Source: Octopus sinensis
Taxonomy: Eukaryota
Assembly: GCF_006345805.1 (NCBI RefSeq)
Contig: NC_043013.1
Span: 19,840,001-19,904,000 of the forward strand
Direction of reading: 5' to 3'
Length of the DNA: 64,000 nucleotides
The first letter of the stretch is position 1. Each line of letters begins with the position of its first letter. The notes under the pieces were generated by a model. It saw only the letters and a program-made list of their open reading frames with translations. It did no database searches and was not told where the DNA came from. Below are positions 51,956 through 64,000 of the stretch, piece after piece. Both the position numbers and the translations under genes were made by a program.

Positions 51956-52085
51956 CAGCAAATCTGGAATCGTTATTTTATACAATTCTTCTGAGATAAG
52001 TCTTGATACAAAGAATACAATATTGGTCAATGGATTTTTTTTCAATCAGAGTTCATTTCAAGAACATTCATTTGTGTCAATACAG
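51956..52085 (+). CDS. Possible isolated exon (SKSGIVILYNSSEISLDTKNTILVNGFFFNQSSFQEHSFVSIQ)
   Basis: NAGNAG acceptor after a pyrimidine tract, perfect donor CAG|GTAAG, and one of three frames open. No homology recognised. Confidence 0.2.
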
Positions 52086-52354
52086 GTAAGCTCTATATGC
52101 TCTCTCGAAAACTCTCGAAACACAAGAAATAACCGTCGTTTTTTACTCTCAGACTATTTACCACTGTGGCCACGCCTGTGATACCTTTCAACATACCATT
52201 CCAGATATCAGACAAACCCAGTCTTGAAAGCCCTTGTAATTAATGTTCGTAATTGTGTGTCGACAGCCTTGATATGAAAATTGGTGCCAAGACTCAGAGC
52301 ATCTCTTGTCCGTAAGACATACTTACACAGGTATTCCGAGATGACATTGCCCTT

Positions 52355-52503
52355 GAAGGGCATTTTTCAATTTCCGTCTACCAAATCGTCTCATTCGAGG
52401 CTATGATAAAAGACACTTACCCAAGGTACCCTGATGTGGGGGTTAAGCCTGGAACAATGTAGTTGAGGAGCAATCGTCTTACAACGCAGCCATGCCTGCG
52501 CCT
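52355..52503 (-). mobile_element. SINE family B head half
   Basis: caatttccgtctaccaaat..gaggctatgataaaagacacttacccaagg. Confidence 0.7.
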
Positions 52504-52545
52504 GCACACACACATACATACACACACACACACACACACGCGCAC

Positions 52546-52582
<37 letters not shown>

Positions 52583-53191
52583 TATATAAGTATGTATACA
52601 TGTATACGTTTAGGCACGTGTAACTATACATCTGTGTTTGTCATATTGCCACAACTTGAAAGTCGCTGTTTGTTTGTTTACGAACACATAATTAAGCATT
52701 TCTGAGAAAAATACAAAAAGACAACTGATGGAATAAGTAATAAATTTTCTTTTAAAATATATAAGATGAATATCTGAAATATCGGTATATGCCATTTTTA
52801 CTTCAGAAGAAAATGTGATCTGTGAGAGAAATAATCTAAGAGCTAGCTTGATTCCATGGTCGATTTAGGTTGTCAAATCCTCTGTAACTCATATTTTGCT
52901 ATAAAGTGTAAAATAAATATTTTTACTCATTATGTATTGATGATTTCCCCCAACGGAATACGCACAGCAGACTACCAGTAACCACGGAGGGAAACTCGCG
53001 TTACGAATAAACGTAAAAAATAAGCTTCACCACGCACTTTCACAAGCACACCTTTTAGAATTCTACCAAATGACAGGCGTTGGCCTAAGCCCATATATAT
53101 ATATATATATACATATTTATTTATTTGTATATATAAATATTTTCATACATATATATATATATATGTATATATATATAATATTATATATATA

Positions 53192-53242
<51 letters not shown>

Positions 53243-53855
53243 GGCATAAATACATATATATATATATATATTATATATATATATATATCAGTCACAAATG
53301 ATAGCCTCCAGACATGGTTGGATGTCGGGAATATTATTATTTATTACATTAAATTAAAATGATTTGTGACAGATGGCCTCCTATCACGAACCATTTTCAT
53401 TTAATATACTAAATTATATACATACATAGATGCATACATTTATATATGTATGTCTGTATGTATGTATCTATATATATATATATATATATAATATATATAT
53501 ATATAATATATACATATATATATATAAATATACTTCTAACAAACATTAATATATATATATATGCATGTATATATATATACATATACATATATATATACAT
53601 ATAAATATATATATATATATACATATATATATTATATATATATATATATATTATATATATACATATATATGTAGCAAATTATGAAATATTAATATGTAGT
53701 CGGTGTATTAATATCGCTGTTTTTATAACGTGAATGAAAAACGGTCTAATTTATTTTTTTATTTTAAGTCTGAGACATCGAAAGTCAGGTTATTATGGTT
53801 GGTATTCATGTTTATCAATGAACTAATATTAAATTGATAAATGATATACATACAT

Positions 53856-53934
<79 letters not shown>

Positions 53935-54158
53935 TATATACATATATATATATACATATATATATATATATTTATACACACACATACCTTCACACACATA
54001 CACGCATACGTAAACACACATACGTATATATATATACTCACATTAAATATATATGTATATGTTTGTGTATACATAAGTAGTTATATTTATAAGTACATTT
54101 GCACATATATTGACACATTTATTTTTATATACACACACACATGCACACACACACACAG

Positions 54159-54197
<39 letters not shown>

Positions 54198-54309
54198 TGT
54201 ATACAAACGTACATATATTTTTACCTACATATCTATTACATACACAAAATCAAATCTATATAGATAGTTAGTTATACATACATAAATATATGCATACATA
54301 TGTGTACAC

Positions 54310-54970
54310 TCCATAAGTTTTCAAACTTTTTTGCGGGAGAAACTTTAATTACAATTCGAGAATATTGTATTTGGATTTATCATAAACAACCGTCTAATAA
54401 GCTGAGCTGCCAACTTTCGTTTTTGCAGACTGAAACAATCGGCTCTAACACCTCTTTGAACATAGCATCCTAAACAACTGACTAGTTCGCAGAATACAAA
54501 TGAGTCTCAGGCTATTAAGACAATTAGGAAACTGACTTCGCAACTACATTTTCTGTTACACTTGGCAAAAGCGGAACAGGAACTTATAAAACACCCCCAG
54601 ACTACTTTATCGATTATGTAGTATAAGAAGATCATCTGTTATACTCTAGCACAACGGCTAGGCAATGTAAGTGCAACTCGAATCTCATAATGATCGCCAC
54701 TTTAGGCAGTAAATGTATCGCCTAACTCTACAATTTCCTCTCCTGCCACACGGTCAACAAAGAGTACTTCCTCGTAATATTGCAGGAGTTCAGGAAGTGC
54801 TTGCTTCGCGAAATGCAAGAGCACTTGCACTCAAACGATAGAGAAGTCCGGAATTCCAATCTGGTAACCAACAGCTGAATAGAAATTGGCTTCAGAATTA
54901 TTCTTGACTCCCCCTAGAGCCTAAACATTCTTTAGTCACTGTTAGTCTGTCCCCCAAACTGAAGAACATG
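54310..54970 (+). mobile_element. Degenerate mariner remnant
   Basis: HTVNKEYFLVILQEFRKCL (about 54750-54810) resembles mariner G.TVNKEYYL.VL..LR. Mariner-like terminus near 54310. Confidence 0.45.
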
Positions 54971-55162
54971 AGTGAGATTCGGAGAAGGTTTCGGGATATC
55001 TTCACTTTTACTTTGGAGGGTTTCGCTGAGGCTTTCACAAAGTGTAAGGGGTACTACAGGCGCATTGAAACCAAAGAATCCTACTCTGAAAGAATCTAAA
55101 GCTTTTTACGTCTTTGACATTAAAAAAAAATCTTTCCTGAAAACTCTCTCCAATGCAACTTA

Positions 55163-55203
<41 letters not shown>

Positions 55204-55254
55204 ATATTTCGGAATGGTCATTTTGCCAGTTTAGCCAATATATATATATTCTTG

Positions 55255-55380
55255 CATTGTTTTACTTGTTTCAGTCATTTGACTGCGGCCATGCTGGAGC
55301 TATGCGCTTAGTCGTAGAATTCGACCTCAGAAATTGGTATGTATAAGCCTAGTACGCATCCTATCAGCCTCTTTTCCCGA
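55255..55380 (-). mobile_element. SINE family B tail only
   Basis: ttttacttgtttcagtcatttgactgcggccatgctggagc. Confidence 0.8.
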
Positions 55381-56161
55381 TTAATTAATAATATCCGGGT
55401 AATAAAGATTTTAATCTTTACTACCAGTGGCCTAGCGTATAGAAAAATTAGTCAATTGACTATATATTATTCATATAAAAAACAGTGTACATTTAAACAC
55501 ATTAATTATGTATAATGATTTCTGGTAGATTCGTTTGAAGAAATCCCCGGCATCTTTTTTTGCTTGCGTGGTGGATTTGAAAAAAAAATAAAATGTATAA
55601 GCAAGAGGCACTTTCTGGATTGGCCTCGTTGTTTATATAGTTAATCTTGGCGCCCCTACTGATGAAGACTTCACCATAGGAAATTATTTTATTTACTAGA
55701 ATAAGTCAGAAACCATGGTCCAGGAAAGAGATAGTAAATGTTTTTATTTTTCATTCCCTTTGAGTTTTTATCCCTAATAGTGGTTTGGACTTTAGCTGTT
55801 CTAGCTAGCGTAAAGAATTCCTATGATGGAAACCTCTTAATGTGTTTAAATGTACACTGCATTTTCTATGAATAATATATATTCTATTGACTAATTTTTC
55901 TATACTCTAGGCCATTGGTAGTAAAAATTAATAAAATCTTTATTACCCTGATATTATCAATTATGTATATATACACACACGCACACACACACATACACAC
56001 ACACACACACGCGTACACATATATGAAAGTGCACATACATAATCACGGGTTTAAAATAATGTATAGTAGATATATGTATGCATGTATGTACGTATGTATG
56101 TGTGTATGTACGTATGTATGTATGTATATAAATAAATATATATATATATATATATTAATCA

Positions 56162-57145
56162 AGATTAATCAGCCGAAATTGCTAGGATGATCCGGTTCTT
56201 GACTGAAGATTGAAGGCTTCGAATGTCCCGTCCGTGTTTTTTGTATCGTCTTCTAAATGTCTTACGTTATTGTCCCAGTTTGTATTTTTCTTCATATAAT
56301 ATATATAGCGACGTCCGTACCTTCTTTGGCCTTATAAGTACATATTCCTTTAAATTTGGTACGACTCTATAACACTGTCTCTCTCTCCTACATTTCTCTG
56401 CCTTTCGCACTTTGCACTCTACTTTGATCTGTCTCTTTCTCTCTCTCTCTCTCTACTTCTCCTCCTCCTTTTCTCTTTTCTTGCCTCTGATTCTTTGGTC
56501 TACTCTTCCCCCACTCTCTCACATTTCTCTGTCTTTCTCACTTTGCACTCACTGATTCTGTCGCCAAGCCAATCCTGGGCACGCTCTCTTTATTCTCCCC
56601 TCTTTAATTCCTTCTTTCTCTCTCTTCTCCCCCCTTTGGTGCATTCGTCCCTCTTTTTCTCTCTCTCTTTATTTCGTTTGCCCCCTTTTTTCTCTCTCTC
56701 TTCTCGTCTCATGTGACCGCTGGTCAACCAGCCTTTCAGCTTCTAACCAGCGCCATGAGAACATCGTTGTCTTCGTCTGCCGAAAAAGGCATTTTTTTCC
56801 AAAATACGCCAGCTAAACTAAGTTGTACTGTCTATTAGTCGTAAGACACCCGCTGTTTTTGTCCTGTTTTTACTATTATTGTTTTTTGTGTTTTATATTC
56901 GTGTGGCATCGTCCGTTTTTCTGTCCCTGTTTCGTATACATTCGATCCTTTTTCCAAGAAATCTAATGCTCGTAGCTTACTTATTCCTTGGGGCTGGCCG
57001 GATCGGAGCGATCTCTAGATTAATCAGCCGAAATTGCTAGGATGATCCGGTTCTTGACTGAAGATTGAAGGCTTCGAATGTCCCGTCCGTGTTTTCTGTA
57101 TCGTCTTCTAAATGTTTTACGTTCTTGTCCCAGTTTGTATTTTTC

Positions 57146-57162
<17 letters not shown>
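56162..57162. mobile_element. 1-kb element bounded by ~145-bp direct repeats, inserted in (TA)n; probably PLE-derived
   Basis: 56162-56307 versus 57017-57162 differ at 4 positions. The interior minus strand gives a weak RQYNL-SWRILEK match to a PLE GIY-YIG C-terminal region. Confidence 0.7.
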
Positions 57163-57214
<52 letters not shown>

Positions 57215-58828
57215 TGTATATATATACGTATGCATGTATTATGTATGCATGTATGTATGTATGTAAGTATGTGTACGTGTCCGTGAGAGTTTCGTTGCGA
57301 TGGACAGCAGAAAAGACACCTACCTCTCTCACCCGAGAGCTACGTATTCCTCGTACCTGGTTTTCTGTGTGTATGTGTGCTTGTGTGTGTGTGTGTGTGT
57401 GTGTTCATGTTTTTGTGTGTGTGTTTTTTTGTATGTTGTACCTATGTATTTACGAAAGTATGTATACAGCGTCGCATGTATATAACAGTTGTAGTAATGT
57501 TACCATCCCATTGCCACTTAGGTTCTCGCTTTAATTGATATAAATCATCCTCTTTCTCTCAGGCTAATACTTTTTGGAACCTTCTCATTTTATCAATATA
57601 ATTCGCCCAACGCCTCTGGGGGACACATTATAGAAGTTTATTGAAATCCAGTTAGCTGCTTTAGGCGCTAAGATGGTAACTGACAAAGAGACAGAAATTT
57701 AGATATGTATATATATATATATATCTTTTAATCACACAGAGACGTTAATGTCTATCACCACAGCATATCCCAAGATACAATTTAACACTCGTTAATAGCA
57801 ATTGTTTAATTGAAACAGGCGTCGATACCTCAATATTCTTCCGTTTGCAATGGATATACATAAATGACAGTCGTTCATTCGCTCACATTGGAGTATATTT
57901 CGTTTGGTTATCTTTTCATGTAGCCTAATGTACGGAGGAAGAAGCTGTAGAATTAGAAAGAAAATGTAATTTAAGACTGTATGTTGAAATTTAAGAATAA
58001 GCAAGAAGTATTCTTGAGAACAAAATATGTATTCAACGCTCAGTCATAAAAGAATTGTCAGTTAAACAAAACCTGCAAATATTTTGTCTATTCAGCACAG
58101 TTGCGTGATTATTCCACTGGAAATGACTAAATTGTCTCATTCTGTACAATTAAAGAAGATACTGAACCGAGAAATTGTGTTTTCTTTTGTTTTTTGGTTT
58201 CAGATTGTTCTATGCAAACTTTATTACAATTTGCAATTTTCTATATTTAAAAATAAACATTATTTTCCAGATTTAAACTTTATTTTATTATCGCTTTCAA
58301 TATAATGAAGTAGCATAAACTTAGTTCTTATCATCATTATCAGTAGATGTGTCCTAGCGCGTCTATCTCTCTCTCGCTCTCACTCTCTTTCTATCTCTCT
58401 CTTTCTCCTCTTCCTGTCTCAGTCTATTTCTCTCTCTCTATCCCTCTCTTTGTTAGTTTGTCTGTTTGTCTGTTTGGCTTTCCCTCTGTGTATAAGTGTG
58501 TATGTAGGTATGTATGTATGTATTGACCGCGTATGTATCGTTGGCGATTTTTTCCCTCGTCTTCCCTTCCTTGGATCTTTCCTTTTCCTGTGTTTCTGAC
58601 GAAGAGCTCCGCTCGAAATATTAAATCCTCCTTTTTCTTTCCTTTCCTGAGCATCCAATAACACTATACTTGTTCCACGTCCTCGCGTTGTTGTGCTTTC
58701 TCTTTGTGTTTTCATGTTTGGATTAACTTTATATGCATGTATGTATGTATGTATGTATGTATGTATGTATGTATGTATGTATGTATGTATGTATGTATGC
58801 ATGCATGTATGTATGTACATGTTTGTAG

Positions 58829-59149
58829 GTGGGAACTCTGCCAGGTATGACGACGAGACTTCCAGGTGATTCGATCAAAGGATCAGACTGCTCATGAAAT
58901 TAAAGAATAAGTGGCTGAGCACTCCATAGATAAGCATACCTTTTACGTAGTTACCAGGAAGATTCAGCATGACAATCTCGATGTGACAAGGCTAGTATAT
59001 TGAACTACAGGCGCAGATACTTTTACCAGCTTAACGGACTGGAGAAACGTGAAATAATGTGTGTTGCTGAAGAACAGAACGTACCGCCGGCAAACGAACT
59101 TAGAAAATTACGATCCTGATCCGAATGCACTAACCACTAAGCCACTCGC
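58829..59149 (-). mobile_element. tRNA-derived SINE (family D)
   Basis: Collinear with 2085-2371 (attcagcatgac..tgtgacaagg..ctaaccactaagccac). Confidence 0.8.
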
Positions 59150-59336
59150 TTTCACATGCATGTCATGGGTATGATTTTCAACTGCTTCGACAAGTCATCT
59201 GACGAGTAACATCTGCACCAATGATGCATCACATGAGGACTCGATGCATAACAGGTTCAAACGATCGTAGTGATTAATACAAAATCTTGTGAATTCCATT
59301 TTCCTCCACTTTTTCTCTGTCTCTCCTCTCTCCCTC

Positions 59337-59410
<74 letters not shown>

Positions 59411-59799
59411 ACAAACATACATACATATATACATACATACTTACGTACATACATACATACATACATACATACATACACACATACATGCCTACATACACTC
59501 GGTACCTTCTCTGTGTTGGATCTTGAGCCTACAGTAGGCCGGAAACTGCATGCCAGGTATTTTGTTGTGTGGTTTTGCGTAGACGTTGAATGCATTTGAT
59601 CTATATTTGTGGACGTATTCGTAACTGGAAGGACAAACCCATATATACTCCAATAAGTACGTGAGTGCCTGCACACACTGTTGAAACATGAGTATGCTGT
59701 CTCTGACTCTACGTTGCTGTCTTTGTTATCAGAATACCTCGATCCTATGGATCTGGAAAGTAGTTATATATGTGTCTGAGAGTGTGTTTGTGTGTGTGC

Positions 59800-59844
<45 letters not shown>

Positions 59845-60529
59845 TATGTGTGTGTATGTATGTATATTTATATGTATATGTGCGTACATACATACACGGA
59901 TGTCAACGCATGCATTCATGTCTGCGCATTTGTGTTTGTGTCAGGGCGATTGTGTGTGTATATGTGTGCCAGTACATACTTGCATCTGTGTCTCTGTGTG
60001 TAATATTCTAAAATAGTGTATGGAATTTCATGTTTATTTTATTATATGTTTACACTGCAGCTGTGTTTTTGTGTGTATGTATATAGATTGATAAATATTT
60101 GTGTGTGCCTCTCTCTAAATGTACGTGTATACGTGTATATGTGCGTGTGTGCATATTTTCAGATATTACCAAGGAGATCGACTATAAACGATAGAATAAT
60201 TTGCCACTTTAGAAAGTACAATTTATTGCCATCATGTGACAGTAAAAAATAATGAATACTAGTTAAGTTATCTTTGTATTATGAACGTGTGATGTTTATC
60301 TTTATTTCTTTCTTCATATTTTTCTTTTTCTTTTAATAAGCAATGTATTACAGGAAGGTTTAGAAAGTTTATAACCATAAAGGGAATTTGCGAGTTGACA
60401 ATTTCTGAAGAGCTTTTGCTCACAGGTGGCGCTCTTTCAAATATTTGCTAGATTCATTGAACGTATGGATATGAAATGATTGGCGAAACATGAAGTGCTT
60501 GCGTGTTTGTATGAGAGCAGATATATATA

Positions 60530-60580
<51 letters not shown>

Positions 60581-60590
60581 GTGCATACAA

Positions 60591-60621
<31 letters not shown>

Positions 60622-61887
60622 AATGCTCACCTGCATGTATTTGCGTGTGTGTGTGTGTGTATGTATGTATGTGTGTGTATGTGCCTATACATTGAAGCAG
60701 TGTTACGTAATTGATGATTATACTGATATAGTGAAAGGGATGTTATTAACATCAGCGAACGATAGTCTCTGCTCTTTACTCTTACTCGCTCCTTCCTCTC
60801 TCTCTCTCTCTCTCCCCCCTTTCTTTTTATTATTTCTCTTGGGCAGGTAAATATTCAGATTAATGAAGGCTATATTAACAAAAGAGATAAGTTAAAGACA
60901 GATGCTCATACATACATAAATACATACATACATACATACATACATACATACGTTTATATTCTTGTGCACATGTGTCTCTACACGCAAATGCACACACATA
61001 CATACAGATATACATTCATACACACCTACACAAACACACAGATATGTCAGTATGTGTATATACATATATATATACGCATCTCCCTATATATACACAAACA
61101 TTTATATATATATATATGTGTGTGTGTGTGTATATATACATGTATGTATGTGTGTGTGCGTATATCTATATACACATACATAGATATATACATATACATA
61201 TATACATGTACATACATACAGACACACAGACGAATGTGTCATAGTAACTTAGAAGCGTTAATATGATTCTTGCCTGCTTTTAGCGTTTGCAATAAACCTA
61301 CAACACGTCGCCATTACTAACAAGATACTTATACTGCTCTTCACTCTTGCAGACCTCTAATGATTGTTAATGGGCAATCTACTTGAAGAACCGTTTTACA
61401 CAGAAGAATCTAATGAATCACGTGATGAGAATTTCTGATCAATGCCTAAATTAGTCAGATTGTTGCTAGTGATATAAGGAGTAGAAACATTAATAACAAT
61501 CACAGCAACATAATAAAAAATAACCAAAACAAGTGACCAACTCTTGAATTGATATATGACAGTCATATGTCTGTGTTAAGTAGGGTTAGAAATACAAATT
61601 GCAATCCTCTGCTTTGATAGGGAACGTTTGATAGGAAACTGATAATTACTGGCGAAATCACAACGGGCGGCAGAGTCATTGTAGTGCCTTTCGCCATTAT
61701 TAATTTTCGTTCGTCTAATGCAGGGTTATTTCTACTTATTTTATCGATTCAACTGGAATGGAACACAGGGCTAATCTCAAGCGTACTTGAGCCATAGTCG
61801 GGTATGAGATGAAACGAAATATGCATGCACGAATACATTAATACGTATGCGCACTCACGCATACATGTATGTATATATATATATATA

Positions 61888-62060
61888 GGGAGAGTTTACG
61901 AAAAAAACAAAAGACGAAGACGGGTGGTGTACAAAACAAACAGATGTATCAGGAATAGAAAAAGTCTTTTACGTTTCGAGCCTACGCTCTTCTACAGAAA
62001 GGGACACAGAAAAAACAAGGAGAGAAAAAAATGTGTGTAGTGGCTACCGATCTATCATAT
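61888..62060 (-). mobile_element. Short (~170 bp) TA-embedded element carrying a hammerhead-like motif
   Basis: Unique segment between TA arrays; motif at 61966-62001. Confidence 0.55.
61966..62001 (-). ncRNA. Minimal hammerhead-like motif (variant core)
   Basis: CUUU-CUGUAGA-A-GAGC-GUAG-GCUC-GAAAC-GU-A-AAAG. All three stems are placed correctly with a GUA site, but the core has U at position 6. Confidence 0.4.
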
Positions 62061-64000
62061 ATATATATATGCGTTTACACTTTTTGCCCATCACCCCGAA
62101 GAAGTTAAAATAGATCCATGCTGGTCAATAAATTCCGACTGGTTATTGAAATTTTGAATTATTTTGTTTAATCTATGGCGTTTCAAAGAAACTATATTTG
62201 TTTTTAACGGTTTGAGATTAAAGAAAGTCGCCAACGATACAAACGTGGTCACATATGTATATCTATATGTGTGTATGCACCCCTAAATAAATATATAAGG
62301 AACTACGGAGAGGTACTCTATATAAACTAGGACTCCGTGAGTTGGGGTTTACCACGTATCAATAGCTACAAAGTTGATTTCATAAAGTGAACAGGGTGGG
62401 GTGGTATGGAAACCCAATGCTTGCCGATAGAACTAGAGCCCCTTGTCCCCAATATACCACTATTGTTCAACGTTTACCACCAGAACGGAAAGTGTTGAAA
62501 ACACTATCGTAAGGTATTTTGTCCAGCTCTCACAATTCCTAGAAATTACAGTCCCGGTTTACATCTTTATTTCATCAACCCCAGAAAAAAGAAATATAAA
62601 TTTGCTCTACCCTGGAAGGATTGAAGACAAATTGCCTTTCAGTAGCTTCTGAAATCAGCGCTATTTAATACTCCATTATATCCATGTTGCTAATCTAGCT
62701 TCAGATAACTCTTAGTGGTACCAGTTCTATACAACGTATAATACTGGCTCTTATTTCTTATATCTATCCCGAAAGATTTTAAACAAAGTGAGTTTCGTGC
62801 AATAACACATAATATTCGTGTATGTAAAATAGAATGAGTAAACTTATACACGCAGTCCAACCTGCAACAAATGGCGAACAAATCTAATTTGATCACACAA
62901 TATAATCATAAAATGAGGGAAATATTATTAAAACAGTTTTAGATACAGCCTTGCAGACCAAAACGCAGAATGGTCATGTTTGGAACGTCTTTCTTTAGAT
63001 CTCTGGTGGATTAGACCTAATGTGAGTCTAAGCAGCAAAAAGAACAATCACACTAACATCACCACTAATAATAACTCTGCAACAGCCATTTAAATTGAAC
63101 TTTTGTGGTACAATAAGTAACAACCAGATCTCGTTGAAATCCTTCCTTACATTTTTTACGAAAGGAAGGACACATTAGTTAACATAGTTTAAGAAATACT
63201 ATGTCTGATAAAAGATAGAATGGTCTTTTAGTGGGAAAGCATACTTGCTGAGTTAATCAGATGATGAACAACAATTTTTTACTGTTCGATTAGCTAATTA
63301 TAGACCGATCAAAATTACTCCGTAATTTTAAAGTATTTAAGCTATCACCACACTCAACTGAAATATAATTCCAAATCAAAAATGTTCGATTTAATTAAAT
63401 TTCAATATCCACTTGTTTAATTCAGTTTATTTCATTAACTAAATAAAGATTAATTGCGATTCTCTAGCGTCAATAACTTGCTGGTGTATCAAACGATTGT
63501 TTGCGAGGGAGTTTTCCATCGTCCTTGGAAGGCTTATGTGAAATAAGAAAAAAATAAACATAAAAAAAATAGATGTAAAAAGTAACCATATTTCCTCAAC
63601 AAAAACAAGAGAAAGTTGCGATGATAACAGCAGCATCATGAACAATAAAAATATAAAAGAGAAAATTGAATAACTAAACACTGTCTTATGCTTTGAGTCA
63701 CGTAGAAAATAATGGAACACCGTTTACAATTATCGGAGATAGAAAAATAGAGTAACATGCAACGATTATTGGGAATATGGAGGTTCATTTTTATTTGTTT
63801 TACTTTCGCTTTCGTTTTGATATTCGTGATCTATGGAAGCTTTGTTAAGGCAAGTAACAGCGTATTTGGCAACAAAAGCGCTCAGGAGGATAGCGAACGA
63901 AACAGCGAACCATTGTGATTAGACGGTGGACCTACTATCAGCTGTTAAATAAACAGATAGGATGAAGCTATTCAATTAGTCATGCGTTCTTCATGGGCAA

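Noticed and set aside
59200-59255. CTGACGA followed by a distant GAGT/ACTC stem
   Set aside because: No GAAA or NUH in register.
59733-59759. 27-nt micro-exon candidate (YLDPMDLE)
   Set aside because: Good acceptor but non-consensus donor (GTAGTT); too short to support.

Overview
AT-rich eukaryotic genomic DNA dominated by microsatellites ((TA)n, (CA)n, (TACA)n, (TATC)n, (AAT)n) and interspersed repeats. The tRNA-headed SINE families and microsatellite load suggest a cephalopod, probably octopus (inference, not verified). Most ORFs in the supplied track are microsatellite translation artefacts. Supported content: two Tc1 DD34E transposons, one a 1608-bp IR/DR (Sleeping Beauty-type) element broken by a single frameshift; mariner, hAT and Helitron remnants; non-LTR fragments (RTE, Tx1/L1, R4/Dong-like, HERO-like); about 25 SINE segments from five families; two long palindromes; and one local duplication. 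No host gene can be named. Weak candidates are a spliced minus-strand gene (868-3908) and a duplicated plus-strand signal-peptide-like exon (15745 and 17944). The most interesting signal is a set of minimal hammerhead-ribozyme-like motifs in short microsatellite-embedded elements, including one in the 3' tail of a tRNA-derived SINE (43142-43187). No CRISPR array, rRNA or functional tRNA gene was seen. All alignments and translations were done by eye; repeat boundaries are approximate unless a TIR or TSD is quoted.
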